From Bacillota bacterium (lineage in GTDB: Bacteria; Bacillota; Clostridia; Oscillospirales; Oscillospiraceae), in contig JAQYBZ010000017.1 of assembly GCA_029003235.1 (NCBI GenBank), positions 1 to 48,133 on the forward strand: DNA of 48,133 nucleotides. The letters are read 5' to 3'. Position numbers and translations under genes: made by a program. Under the pieces are notes generated by a model. It saw only the letters and a program-made list of their open reading frames with translations. It was not told the DNA's origin and did no database searches. Shown in pieces: positions 9,468-19,382 of the stretch; within the stretch, counting starts at the first letter, position 1, and each line of letters starts with the position of its first letter.

Positions 9468-10472
9468 TCAGGCATCTGACAGAGGGAACAGCAGGTCGTT
9501 GGCCACCGGTGTGTAAAACAGGCGGCGCACCTCGTCGGGCTGCCGGGACTGCGCCAGTACCCACATGAGCTTGGCTACCACGGCCTCGGTGGTCATGTCG
9601 TAGGCCTCCAGCACACCCAGATCCCGCTTGAGCCGGTGTCCCACCCGGTAGACGGACAGATTGCTGCCCTCATTTTGTACCTGGGTGGTCAGCACAATGG
9701 CCTTTCCGGCGCGGATGCCGGCCTCCAGAATGTCGTAAAAGCCGGAACCCCGGGCGGTGGGCAGGCCGCCCACACCGTAGCTTTCGATGATCAGCCCGTC
9801 GCTGCGGGAGAGCAGGTAGTCCAGCAGAGCGCTGTCCGTGCCGGGGATGAGCTTGAGCAGAGACACTTTTGCATCCAACCGGTCATAAAACACGGGCGCG
9901 CCTGTGTGCTGAGGCCGGATAAAGGGGATGAGAGTACCGTCCTGCACATAGGCCAGATCCGGGTAGTTGATGCTGGAAAAGGCCTTGAAGCTCTTGGAGC
10001 GGGTCTTTTGGGCGCGGGTGCCCAGAATGACCTTTCCGTTAAAGACGATCATGACCCCGCTCAAGGCGGAACAGGCGCACAGAAAGCTGTCCATGAGGTT
10101 GATTTTGGAGTCTGTGTTGTCCGACACGATGGGCTTTTGTGCGCCGGTGAGAACGATGGGCTTGGGGCTGTTTTGAATCAGATAGGACAAAGCCGCGGCA
10201 GTATAGGCCATGGTATCGGTGCCGTGGGTGATGACAAAGCCGTCAAACTCGTCGTAGTGCCGGTGAATACAGTCGGCCAGTTGCAGCCAGTGCGCCGGAG
10301 ACATATTGGTGCTGTCGATGCTGAAGGGCTGAATACATTCCACCTGACACAGCCGGTTGACCTGGGGCACAAAGCGCAGAAGCTGTGCGGCGTCCAGCTC
10401 CGGCGTCAGGCCGTCAGCCGCCAATTCCGAGGCAATGGTGCCTCCGGTGCCGATGGTTAAAATGCGCTTCAT
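9468..10472 (-). CDS. ansA: L-asparaginase, type I
   Basis: MKRILTIGTGGTIAS (catalytic Thr motif), ITHGTDTMAYTA, and a length of about 334 aa. Confidence 0.9.
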   Translation of the reverse strand: MKRILTIGTGGTIASELAADGLTPELDAAQLLRFVPQVNRLCQVECIQPFSIDSTNMSPAHWLQLADCIHRHYDEFDGFVITHGTDTMAYTAAALSYLIQNSPKPIVLTGAQKPIVSDNTDSKINLMDSFLCACSALSGVMIVFNGKVILGTRAQKTRSKSFKAFSSINYPDLAYVQDGTLIPFIRPQHTGAPVFYDRLDAKVSLLKLIPGTDSALLDYLLSRSDGLIIESYGVGGLPTARGSGFYDILEAGIRAGKAIVLTTQVQNEGSNLSVYRVGHRLKRDLGVLEAYDMTTEAVVAKLMWVLAQSRQPDEVRRLFYTPVANDLLFPLSDA

Positions 10473-10639
10473 TCTGCGTCTCTCCCTTTCCCGATAGTGA
10501 TGCCTGCCATGTCAGCCATGGCGGCGCATACAGCGCAGTGCGCCGACGGATTTGTACGCATATAGTTTACTATATTTTTACACCCTATGCAACTGCGGCG
10601 TGTCATTTGTTTGGATTTTGCCAAAAACAGCCGCGAGTC

Positions 10640-10668
10640 TTGACTTTTTGCGGGGGTTGCGGTATAGT
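10640..10668 (+). promoter_or_regulatory. Sigma-A promoter candidate for the topoisomerase operon
   Basis: TTGACT (10640-10645), a 17-nt spacer, then TATAGT (10663-10668). Confidence 0.55.
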
Positions 10669-10726
10669 TAACACAACATAATGGGTTGTTATGCCATATT
10701 CGTCGCAAAATGTCGTGAGGGAAGCT

Positions 10727-12712
10727 ATGAAGAAAAAACAGGACTACGGAAACGAAAGTATTTCCGCGCTGAAAGGTGCGGAGCGGGTGCGCAAACGCCC
10801 CGGCGTGATTTTTGGCTCGGACGGGCTGGACGGATGCGAGCACGCTTTTTTTGAGATCCTGTCCAACGCCATCGACGAGGCGCGGGAAAAATACGGCGAT
10901 CTGATCATTGTCACCCGCTATGCCGACCACTCCATTGAGGTGGAGGACTTTGGCCGGGGCTGCCCTGTGGACTGGAACGAGAAAGAGCAGCGCTATAACT
11001 GGGAGCTGGTATTCTGCGAGCTGTACGCCGGCGGCAAGTACAACAATAACAGCGGCGACAACTACGAATACAGTCTGGGTCTGAACGGCCTTGGCACCTG
11101 CGCCACCCAGTATGCCTCGGAATACTTTGACGCCCTGATTCACAGAGACGGCTTCCGCTACACCCTCCATTTCAAAAAGGGCGAGATCTGCGGGAAGATG
11201 GAAAAGGAACCCGCCGAGCGCAAAAAGACCGGCTCCTGCTTCCGCTGGAAGCCCGATCTGGAGGTCTTTACGGACATCAACATTCCGCTGGAATACTATA
11301 TGGACGTGCTCAAGCGACAGGCCGTGGTCAACGCCGGCGTGACCTTCCGTCTGCGCAACCAGAACGGCAGCAAGTTCGACGTGACAGAGTTCCGCTATGA
11401 AAACGGCATTGTGGACTATATCAAGGAGCTGACCGCCGCCGACGACGGGGCGTTTACCATGCCCCAGTTCTGGGAGGCGGAACGCAAGGGACGGGATCGG
11501 GAGGACAAGCCGGAATACAAGGTGAAGATTTCCGCCGCCGTCTGCTTCTCCAAGACCGTCAATCATATCGAATACTACCACAACTCCTCCTGGCTGGAAT
11601 ACGGCGGTGCACCGGAAAAGGCCGTGCGCAATGCCTTTGTCTATGCCATTGACGCCTACCTTAAGCAGACCAACAAATACGCCAAAAATGAGTCCAAGAT
11701 CACGTTTCAGGATGTGGCGGACTGTCTGGTGCTGGTGACCAACTGCTTCTCCACCCAGACCTCCTATGAGAACCAGACCAAGAAGGCCATTACCAACAAA
11801 TTCATTCAGGAGGCCATGACGGAGTTTTTCCGCAGCCGCCTGCAGGTCTACTTCATTGAAAACAAGCAGGAGGCCGACCGCATCGCCGATCAGGTGCTTA
11901 TCAACAAGCGCAGCCGGGAGACAGCGGAAAAGGCGCGCCTGTCCATCAAGAAAAAGCTCTCCGGCAATCTGGACATTGCCAACCGGGTGCAGAAGTTTGT
12001 GGACTGCCGCAGCAAGGATCCCGGCCGCAGAGAGCTGTATATTGTAGAGGGCGATTCCGCCCTCGGTTCCGTCAAGCTGGGCAGAGACGCGGATTTCCAG
12101 GGCATCATGCCTGTGCGCGGCAAAATTCTCAACTGCCTCAAGGCGGATTACGGAAAGATTTTCAAAAGTGAGATCATTACCGATCTGCTGCGGGTCATCG
12201 GCTGCGGCATTGAGGTCAAGGACAAGCGGGTCAAGGATCTGACGGAATTTGATCTGGCCAACCTGCGCTGGAGCAAGATCATTATTTGCACGGACGCCGA
12301 CGTGGACGGCTATCAGATCCGCACCCTGATTCTGACCATGCTCTATCGGCTGGTGCCGACCCTCATCCGGGAGGGCTTCGTCTACATTGCCGAGTCGCCG
12401 CTGTTTGAGATCACCTGTAAGGAAAAGACCTGGTTTGCCTATAATGAGCAGGAAAAGACAGACATCCTCAAGTCTCTGGAGGGCAAAAAGGTGACCCTCC
12501 AGCGCTCCAAGGGACTGGGCGAAAACGAGCCGGAGATGATGTGGATGACCACCATGAACCCGGCGACCCGCCGCCTGATCAAGGTGATGCCCGAAGACGC
12601 GGAGCGCACGGCGGTTTACTTTGATATGCTGCTGGGGGATAACCTGCAGGCACGAAAGGACTATATTGCCGACAACGGCTATAAATATTTGGATTTGGCG
12701 GATATTTCCTAA
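10727..12712 (+). CDS. Type IIA DNA topoisomerase subunit B (GyrB/ParE family; probably a ParE-like second pair)
   Basis: ATG at 10727 follows GAGGGA. Motifs are LKGAERVRKRPGVIFG, GHKL ATPase motifs (EILSNAIDE, GLNGLG), Toprim ELYIVEGDSALGS and IICTDADVDGYQIRTL. Gyrase and topo IV cannot be separated by eye. Confidence 0.9.
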   Translation: MKKKQDYGNESISALKGAERVRKRPGVIFGSDGLDGCEHAFFEILSNAIDEAREKYGDLIIVTRYADHSIEVEDFGRGCPVDWNEKEQRYNWELVFCELYAGGKYNNNSGDNYEYSLGLNGLGTCATQYASEYFDALIHRDGFRYTLHFKKGEICGKMEKEPAERKKTGSCFRWKPDLEVFTDINIPLEYYMDVLKRQAVVNAGVTFRLRNQNGSKFDVTEFRYENGIVDYIKELTAADDGAFTMPQFWEAERKGRDREDKPEYKVKISAAVCFSKTVNHIEYYHNSSWLEYGGAPEKAVRNAFVYAIDAYLKQTNKYAKNESKITFQDVADCLVLVTNCFSTQTSYENQTKKAITNKFIQEAMTEFFRSRLQVYFIENKQEADRIADQVLINKRSRETAEKARLSIKKKLSGNLDIANRVQKFVDCRSKDPGRRELYIVEGDSALGSVKLGRDADFQGIMPVRGKILNCLKADYGKIFKSEIITDLLRVIGCGIEVKDKRVKDLTEFDLANLRWSKIIICTDADVDGYQIRTLILTMLYRLVPTLIREGFVYIAESPLFEITCKEKTWFAYNEQEKTDILKSLEGKKVTLQRSKGLGENEPEMMWMTTMNPATRRLIKVMPEDAERTAVYFDMLLGDNLQARKDYIADNGYKYLDLADIS

Positions 12713-12725
12713 AGGAGAAAAGACA

Positions 12726-13880
12726 ATGAATCAGACCGCGCCTGTGGCCGCGGCGCTGCCGCCACGCACGGGACAAGAGCGCAGTTACGGCATTGATTTT
12801 CTGCGCTGCGTGGCCATGTTCATGGTCGTAGTGCTGCATATTTTCAACCGGGGCGGTGCGGCGGAAGCACTGCGTGCAAGCACACCGGCCTACCAGATTA
12901 CGTTTCCCCTGCGGATCTTATGCGCCGGAGCGGTGAATCTTTTCGGCCTGATCTCCGGGTATGTGATGTTCAACAGCCGCTTCAAGCTCCGGCGGCTGTT
13001 GGAGCTGTGGTTCCAGATCCTGATTACGGGACTGGCACTGTGCATCGTGGGTGTGCTGGTCTGCCCAAAAGATACCACCGGCCAGGTCTGGCTGCGGGCG
13101 TTGATGCCCATTTCCCAGCGGGAATTCTGGTATTTTTCCGCTTATGTGGGCGCCCTTGTCCTCAGCCCTCTGGTCAACCGCGGACTGTCCTCCATGAATC
13201 GTACCCAGACGCTGGCGGTGCTGTGGGGCAGTGTGCTGACCTTTTCCGTGGCGTCTATTTGGGGGTATTGTGTTGTTGGTGACCCCTTTGGTATAAAAAG
13301 CGGCTATTCCGCCCTTTGGCTGCTGGTGCTGTACATCATCGGTGCCTGTATCCGCAAGGAAAACCTGCTGTCGGGCGTGAAGTCCCGCTGGCTGTGGCTG
13401 GCTTTGGCGGCGTCTCTGGCCGTCAGCTTGGGGTTAGATGATCTGCACCGGCTTGCCGGCTGGACGGCACTGGGAAGCATTCAACTGGCGAACTATGTCA
13501 ATCCTCTGCAACTGGTCAACGGCGTGTGCCTGCTGGTGCTGTTTTCCCGACTGCCCTGTCGGAGCAAAGGCGTCAGAAATGTGATTCGCTTCTTCGCGCC
13601 CCTGAGCTTCGGTGTGTACCTCATCCATGTACACAATACCTGCTGGGTCTGGCTGGAAGGACGGTTCCGATTTCTGACCGGCCTGCCCCTCTGGCAGATG
13701 CTTCCGGCGCTGCTGGGCTGCGCGCTGGCCATCTATCTGGTGTGTTCCGGTCTGGACTGGCTGCGTTGTCTGGCGTTCCGCCTGTGCCGGATCTCCCGGC
13801 TTTGCGGCTGGCTGGAGGACAGACTCAAAACAGGTTTCTTAAAAATCATCCGTGCCCGACCGGGTATGGGAACAAAGTAG
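12726..13880 (+). CDS. Acyltransferase family 3 (OafA/YrhL-like) integral membrane protein
   Basis: ATG at 12726 follows AAAGGAG. The product opens with YGIDFLRCVAMFMVVVLH (the conserved acyltransferase_3 N-terminal motif with His) and is multi-pass hydrophobic throughout. It is packed 14 nt after subunit B and 12 nt before subunit A. Confidence 0.8.
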   Translation: MNQTAPVAAALPPRTGQERSYGIDFLRCVAMFMVVVLHIFNRGGAAEALRASTPAYQITFPLRILCAGAVNLFGLISGYVMFNSRFKLRRLLELWFQILITGLALCIVGVLVCPKDTTGQVWLRALMPISQREFWYFSAYVGALVLSPLVNRGLSSMNRTQTLAVLWGSVLTFSVASIWGYCVVGDPFGIKSGYSALWLLVLYIIGACIRKENLLSGVKSRWLWLALAASLAVSLGLDDLHRLAGWTALGSIQLANYVNPLQLVNGVCLLVLFSRLPCRSKGVRNVIRFFAPLSFGVYLIHVHNTCWVWLEGRFRFLTGLPLWQMLPALLGCALAIYLVCSGLDWLRCLAFRLCRISRLCGWLEDRLKTGFLKIIRARPGMGTK

Positions 13881-13891
13881 TTGAGTGAAAT

Positions 13892-16135
13892 ATGGCTAAG
13901 AAGAAAAAAACGGAAGAAACGGTAAAAAAGGTTCAGGATCCCAATGTGGAGGGACTGCACGCCGAGGTGGTGGAGCAGGCCATCTGCGACACACTGGAGC
14001 TGAACTATATGCCCTACGCCATGAGCGTGATCGTCTCTCGCGCCATTCCGGAGATCGACGGCTTTAAGCCCTCTCACCGGAAGCTGCTGTATACCATGTA
14101 CAAAATGGGACTGCTCACGGGCGCGCGCACAAAGTCTGCCAACATTGTGGGGCAGACCATGAAGCTGAATCCCCATGGCGACGCCGCCATTTACGAGACC
14201 ATGGTGCGTCTGTCCAGAGGCAACGGTGCGCTGCTGCATCCCTTTGTGGACTCCAAGGGCAACTTCGGCAAGGTTTATTCCCGGGACATGGCCTATGCCG
14301 CGCCCCGGTACACGGAGGCCAAGCTGGACGCCATCTGCGCCGAGTTGTTCCGGGACATTGATCTGGACACGGTGGACATGGTGGACAACTATGACGGCAC
14401 GCTGAAAGAACCGACGCTGCTGCCCACCACCTATCCCAATGTGCTGGTGTCCAACAACACGGGCATTGCCGTAGGCATGGCCAGCAATATCTGCGGCTTT
14501 AATCTGCGTGAGGTATGCAATACCGCCATCGCGTGGATCCGCGACCCGGACTGCGATCTGCTCCAGACCCTGCCTGCGCCGGATTTCCCCACCGGCGGCG
14601 AGATTCTGTATGATCCGCTGGAAATGATGGAAATCTATAAGACGGGGCGCGGTTCCTTTAAGGTGCGGGCGCGCTGGCGCTATTTGAAAGAGGGCAACCT
14701 CATTGAGATCTATGAGCTGCCCTATACGGCTTCCACCGAGGCGGTCATTGACAAGGTGGCGGAACTGATCAAGGCGGGAAAGATTCGGGAAATCAACGAT
14801 ATGCGCGACGAGACCGATCTGTCCGGTCTGAAGCTCACCATCGACCTTAAGCGCGGCGCAGACCCGGAAAAGCTGATGCAGAAGCTGTTCCGTCTTACGC
14901 CCCTGCAGGACAGCTTCCCCTGCAATTTCAATCTGCTCATCGCCGGGATGCCCCGGGTGCTGGGCGTGCGGGAGATCATCGAGGAGTGGACGGCGTGGCG
15001 CACCCAGTGTGTACGCAGGCGCGTCTATTTCCAGCTTCAGAAGAAAAAAGACAAGCTGCACCTGCTGAAAGGTTTGGGCAGGATTCTGCTGGACATTGAC
15101 AAGGCCATCCGCATTATCCGGGAAACGGAGTCCGACGCGGAGGTCATCCCCAATCTGATGATCGGCTTCGGCATCGATGAGATTCAGGCCAATTTCGTGG
15201 CCGAAATCAAGCTGCGCAACATTAACAAGGAATATATTCTCAAGCGGCTGGACGAGACGGACGCACTGGAAAAAGAGATTGACGAACTGGAAAAGACCCT
15301 CAACAGTGACAACCGCATCCGGGCGCTGATCGTCAAAGAGCTTCAGACCGTGGCGGAGAAATACGGCTGTGAGCGCAAAACCGGCATGATCTATGATCAT
15401 GAGACCATCCTGCAGGAGGAGCCGGATGACGAGCCGGATTACCCGGTGACAGTCTTTGTGTCCCAGGAGGGCTATTTCAAGAAGATCACACCCCAGTCTC
15501 TGCGAATGTCCGGAGAGCAGAAATTCAAAGAGGGAGACAGCCTGTGCTTCTCCCAGCAGGCTACCAACAAGTCGGAGCTGCTGGTATTCACCAACCGGTG
15601 CCAGGTCTATAAGACCCGGTGCAGTGAGTTTGAGGACGGCAAGGCCTCCCAGCTTGGGGACTATCTGCCCCAGAAGCTGAAAATGGAGGAGGGTGAGACG
15701 GTGCTGCAGGTCTGCCTGCCCGGCGATTATCAGGGCTTTGTCCTGTTCGCCTACGAAAACGGCAAGGTGGCAAAGATCGATCTGAGCGCCTATAATACCA
15801 AGTCCAACCGGAAGAAGCTCACCGGCGCCTATTCGGACAAGAGCCCGGTCAAGGGCATCCTCCTGCTGCAGCAGGAGACGCAGGTGGCCTTGTATTCCAC
15901 CGAGGGCAGGGCGCTGATTTTCAGCACCGCGCAGTTGACGCCCAAGACCACCCGCGCCTCTCAGGGCGTGGCCGTGATGAGCCTTAAGCGAAAATCCGTG
16001 GTGCGAAAAGCCGTGCTGCTGCAGGATACGGCCATTGTCAACGAGAGCAGATACCGCACCCGGTCTTTGCCGGCGGCGGGCGCGCTGCTGAAGGATGAGG
16101 ATCTGGAAGAAAAACAGATTTCTCTGGATGTCTGA
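13892..16135 (+). CDS. Type IIA DNA topoisomerase subunit A (GyrA/ParC family; ParC-like size)
   Basis: MPYAMSVIVSRAIPEIDGFKPSHRKLLY, NPHGDAAIYETMVRLS, and the catalytic Tyr context AAPRYTEAKL. At 747 aa it is shorter than a typical GyrA. Confidence 0.9.
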   Translation: MAKKKKTEETVKKVQDPNVEGLHAEVVEQAICDTLELNYMPYAMSVIVSRAIPEIDGFKPSHRKLLYTMYKMGLLTGARTKSANIVGQTMKLNPHGDAAIYETMVRLSRGNGALLHPFVDSKGNFGKVYSRDMAYAAPRYTEAKLDAICAELFRDIDLDTVDMVDNYDGTLKEPTLLPTTYPNVLVSNNTGIAVGMASNICGFNLREVCNTAIAWIRDPDCDLLQTLPAPDFPTGGEILYDPLEMMEIYKTGRGSFKVRARWRYLKEGNLIEIYELPYTASTEAVIDKVAELIKAGKIREINDMRDETDLSGLKLTIDLKRGADPEKLMQKLFRLTPLQDSFPCNFNLLIAGMPRVLGVREIIEEWTAWRTQCVRRRVYFQLQKKKDKLHLLKGLGRILLDIDKAIRIIRETESDAEVIPNLMIGFGIDEIQANFVAEIKLRNINKEYILKRLDETDALEKEIDELEKTLNSDNRIRALIVKELQTVAEKYGCERKTGMIYDHETILQEEPDDEPDYPVTVFVSQEGYFKKITPQSLRMSGEQKFKEGDSLCFSQQATNKSELLVFTNRCQVYKTRCSEFEDGKASQLGDYLPQKLKMEEGETVLQVCLPGDYQGFVLFAYENGKVAKIDLSAYNTKSNRKKLTGAYSDKSPVKGILLLQQETQVALYSTEGRALIFSTAQLTPKTTRASQGVAVMSLKRKSVVRKAVLLQDTAIVNESRYRTRSLPAAGALLKDEDLEEKQISLDV

Positions 16136-16210
16136 TTTTGAAACATTGCATAAGACCGCCGTGCCGGTGCTGCGGCGGAATCTGATAACGTATGATTCGG
16201 AGGGATTGGC

Positions 16211-17107
16211 TTGACGAAGGAAAGAGTGCTCAAAGAGGTGAAATGGCTGCTGGAGATCACCGTGGCGACGATCCTGTTCGGCTTGGGCTTCGACCTGTTT
16301 CTGGAGCCGGGGGACATTAACTGCGGCGGCGTGTCCGGTATGGCCATGATTATAAAGGAGCTGATCGGCAGGGACACGCTGTTTGGCTTCGGCACCATTG
16401 CGGTGGTGTCGCTGCTGCTCAATATCCCCCTGTTTCTGGTGGGCTTTAAGGCCATCGGCAGGCGGTTCTTTGTAGGATCGCTTCTGGGGACCGTTTTATC
16501 TTCCGCATTTATGCAGCTCTTTCTGCCGTTGGAAACCATTTTTGTCAACAACGGCGACAAACTGCTCTACGCCATTTTCGGCGGCGTCGTCATTGGCGTC
16601 GCGCTGGGCATCGCCTTTGTGGCGGGCGCGTCCACAGGCGGCTCCGACATTGCAGCGCGGCTTTTGAAGCTGAAATTCCGCAACTTTCCCATCGGCAAGC
16701 TGACCCTGTCTGTGGATATTGTGGTCATTTTGCTCACCGGTCTGGTATACCGGGACTATACCAATACCCTTTACAGCGCCGTGACCCTGTACGTCTCCTC
16801 CATCACCATCGATGCGGTGGTCTACCGCTTTGATTATTCCAAGGCGGTCATTGTCATCTCCGACAAGTACGAGGAAATTGCCAAGGCCATTGACGAAAAG
16901 CTGTGCAGAGGCGTGACCATGCTCAAGGCGCAGGGGTATTTTAAGCGAAGCGACAAATATGTGCTGCTCAGCGCCGTCAAGCGCCAGCAGTTGGAGGACA
17001 TGAAGTCCACGGTCAACGAGATCGACAAAAACGCGTTCATCATTGTCTGCGAAGCCCACCAGGTGCTGGGCGACGGCTTCAAGCGATATTCGGATAAATC
17101 GCTGTAA
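16211..17107 (+). CDS. YitT-family membrane protein (DUF2179 C-terminal domain)
   Basis: A TTG start follows GGAGGG. A hydrophobic N-terminal half with GGVSGMAMII is followed by a soluble C-terminal domain ...VIVISDKYEEIAKAI...RGVTMLKAQGYF... typical of YitT/DUF2179. Confidence 0.85.
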   Translation: MTKERVLKEVKWLLEITVATILFGLGFDLFLEPGDINCGGVSGMAMIIKELIGRDTLFGFGTIAVVSLLLNIPLFLVGFKAIGRRFFVGSLLGTVLSSAFMQLFLPLETIFVNNGDKLLYAIFGGVVIGVALGIAFVAGASTGGSDIAARLLKLKFRNFPIGKLTLSVDIVVILLTGLVYRDYTNTLYSAVTLYVSSITIDAVVYRFDYSKAVIVISDKYEEIAKAIDEKLCRGVTMLKAQGYFKRSDKYVLLSAVKRQQLEDMKSTVNEIDKNAFIIVCEAHQVLGDGFKRYSDKSL

Positions 17108-17124
17108 GCAAAGGAGGTGCGGCT

Positions 17125-18258
17125 GTGAAAAAGATCCGTGTGCTGGCGCTGGGCATGGCCGCACTGTGTCTGCTGTGCGCCTGTGCCGCCTGGCAGGGGG
17201 ACGAATACCTGTCCGTTTCCGAGCATAACGATCCCTTCCAGGCACAGCAGGAGACGGAATCCACCGCAGAACCCCAGAACGCCCTTCCTGTGGCGGAGAA
17301 TTACTTTGGCATGAAGGCTATTCTCCTGTCCTTTGTGACTGAGGGCGTGGAGCACGGCGAATTTTTGATGGAACATTACGAGGGCACGCCCGGCGAGGAT
17401 CTGCGGCGCGCTGTGGAATACCTGACCACCTCCGACCCGGTGGGCGCCTATGCCATCGACTATATGACCTTTGAAAAGGAGGAGACGGACAGCGGCTGGC
17501 TGGTGAGCGTGGACGCGGTGTATCGCCGCTCTGCCAGTGAGATCGAAGCCATCGAGTCGGTGCGGGGCAACGCCCGGGCGGACGAGCTGATTTTCGCGGC
17601 GCTCCAGCGCTTCGACCCCTCTGTGACCCTGCGGATCTCCGGCTATGCCGATGAGGACTTTGAAAAGACCATCCATGACTACTGTCTGGCGCACCCGGAG
17701 GCGGTCATTGAAAAGCCCCAGGTGTCCGTGTCCATCTATCCCGAAAGCGGCAATGTGCGTGTGGTGGAGTTTCATTTTGGCTATGAACACACCAGAGAGG
17801 AGCTGCGCGCCCGTCTGAGCGAGGTCACGGGCATCCTCAACTCTGCCGCCAACTACGCCCACTACGGCTCGGACGAAGCGTCCAGACTGTCCATGCTCTA
17901 CACCTATCTGGCAGGACGCTTTACCTATGAGCAGGATGAGCAGGCCACAGTGTACAGCCTGCTGTGCGAGGGCGTGGCCGACAGTGCGTGCTTCAGTGCC
18001 GTGTTCGCCTATCTGTGCAGAACGGCCGGGCTGGAGAGCCATATGGTTGAGGGCGAAAAAGACGGTGCGGCCTATGACTGGTGCCAGGTCAAGGTTTCCG
18101 GCGTCTGGTATCATGTGGATATTTTCCGGTGCGTTCTGGCCGACGCCCACGACGCGGAGCTGCGGCTGGACGCGGACATGTCGGGCTACGACTGGAACAG
18201 GGAGCAGTACCCGGTCTGTGATGGCATACCCACAGAAGAAGTCCAAAACGAAGAATAG
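17125..18258 (+). CDS. Lipoprotein with a C-terminal transglutaminase-like fold (catalytic His apparently not conserved)
   Basis: A GTG start follows AAGGAGG. The signal/lipobox is MKKIRVLALGMAALCLLCAC. The C-terminus GVADSACFSAVFAYLCRTAGLESHMVEG...YDWCQVKVSGVWYHVD aligns to the TGase-like core, but the H-A-W position reads Y-D-W. Confidence 0.7.
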   Translation: MKKIRVLALGMAALCLLCACAAWQGDEYLSVSEHNDPFQAQQETESTAEPQNALPVAENYFGMKAILLSFVTEGVEHGEFLMEHYEGTPGEDLRRAVEYLTTSDPVGAYAIDYMTFEKEETDSGWLVSVDAVYRRSASEIEAIESVRGNARADELIFAALQRFDPSVTLRISGYADEDFEKTIHDYCLAHPEAVIEKPQVSVSIYPESGNVRVVEFHFGYEHTREELRARLSEVTGILNSAANYAHYGSDEASRLSMLYTYLAGRFTYEQDEQATVYSLLCEGVADSACFSAVFAYLCRTAGLESHMVEGEKDGAAYDWCQVKVSGVWYHVDIFRCVLADAHDAELRLDADMSGYDWNREQYPVCDGIPTEEVQNEE

Positions 18259-18377
18259 GCGGCTGATGCCGCCGTTGTCCTGCATTTGCGGGGCGCAGAG
18301 ATCGACACGGCGAAGTGGCCGTAGTGCAAGAAAAAGATAGAGCATACACATTTTTAACGAGCGGGTTGGGAGGAAAT

Positions 18378-19382
18378 ATGAGTATTTTGGTGACAGGCGG
18401 TGCAGGATACATCGGCAGCCACACAGCGGTGGAGCTTTTGCAGGCCGGGTATGATGTGGTGATCGTGGACAATCTGTCCAACGCCAGAGCCGATGTGATT
18501 GACCGCATTGAAAAGATCACGGGCAGGCGCCCTGCGTTTTACCACGCAAGCTGCGCCGACCCGAAAGAACTGGAGCGGATTTTCAGTCGGCATACCATTG
18601 ACGCCGTCATCCACTTTGCGGGCTTTAAGGCGGTGGGGGAGAGCTGCCGCAAGCCCCTGCAATATTACCGCAACAATCTGGATTCCACCCTGTGCCTGCT
18701 GGAGGCCATGGAGCGCTTCGGCTGCCGGCGGCTGGTTTTCTCCTCCTCAGCCACGGTGTACGGCATGAACAATCCCGTGCCCTATGTGGAGACCATGCCG
18801 GCGCTGTCCTCCTCCAGCCCCTACGGCTGGACAAAGGTCATGAACGAACGCATCTTGACCGACTACGCCGCCGTGCATCCGGACGCCTCCGTGATTCTGC
18901 TGCGGTATTTTAACCCCATCGGCGGCCACGCCTCCGGCCTGTTGGGAGACGACCCCAATGGGATTCCCAACAACCTCATGCCCTATGTCTGCCGCGTGGC
19001 GGCGGGACAGTTGGAAAAACTCACCATCTTCGGCAATGACTATCCCACGCCTGACGGCACCTGTCTGCGGGATTACCTCCATGTGGTGGATCTGGCCAAA
19101 GGCCATCTGCGGGCGCTGGACTATGCCGGGACGCATCCGGGGGTGGAGGCCATCAATCTTGGCACAGGGAAAAGCGTCTCCGTGCTGGAACTGGTACGCG
19201 CTTTCCAGAATGCCACGGGAGTGCGGGTGCCCTATGTGATGGGGCCGCGCAGAGACGGCGATTTGCCTGAGGTCTGGGCGGACTGCTCCAAGGCAAAGCG
19301 CCTGCTGGGCTGGCAGACAGAGCTGGATATGGAAGAGATGTGCCGCTCGGCCTGGAATTTTGTAAAGCGTCATGAAGCATAA
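18378..19382 (+). CDS. galE: UDP-glucose 4-epimerase
   Basis: ATG at 18378 follows GGGAGGAAA. Motifs are MSILVTGGAGYIGSH, NLSNA, SSSATVYG, YGWTK (YxxxK) and RDYLHVVDLA. Confidence 0.92.
   Translation: MSILVTGGAGYIGSHTAVELLQAGYDVVIVDNLSNARADVIDRIEKITGRRPAFYHASCADPKELERIFSRHTIDAVIHFAGFKAVGESCRKPLQYYRNNLDSTLCLLEAMERFGCRRLVFSSSATVYGMNNPVPYVETMPALSSSSPYGWTKVMNERILTDYAAVHPDASVILLRYFNPIGGHASGLLGDDPNGIPNNLMPYVCRVAAGQLEKLTIFGNDYPTPDGTCLRDYLHVVDLAKGHLRALDYAGTHPGVEAINLGTGKSVSVLELVRAFQNATGVRVPYVMGPRRDGDLPEVWADCSKAKRLLGWQTELDMEEMCRSAWNFVKRHEA

Noticed and set aside
13733-15400. A 555-aa minus-strand ORF antisense to the GyrA/ParC-like gene; also 16834..18351(-), 19153..20109(-) and 20792..21790(-).
   Set aside because: They have no recognisable domains, a biased Arg/Gly/His/Gln composition, and complete overlap with genes that carry strong family motifs.
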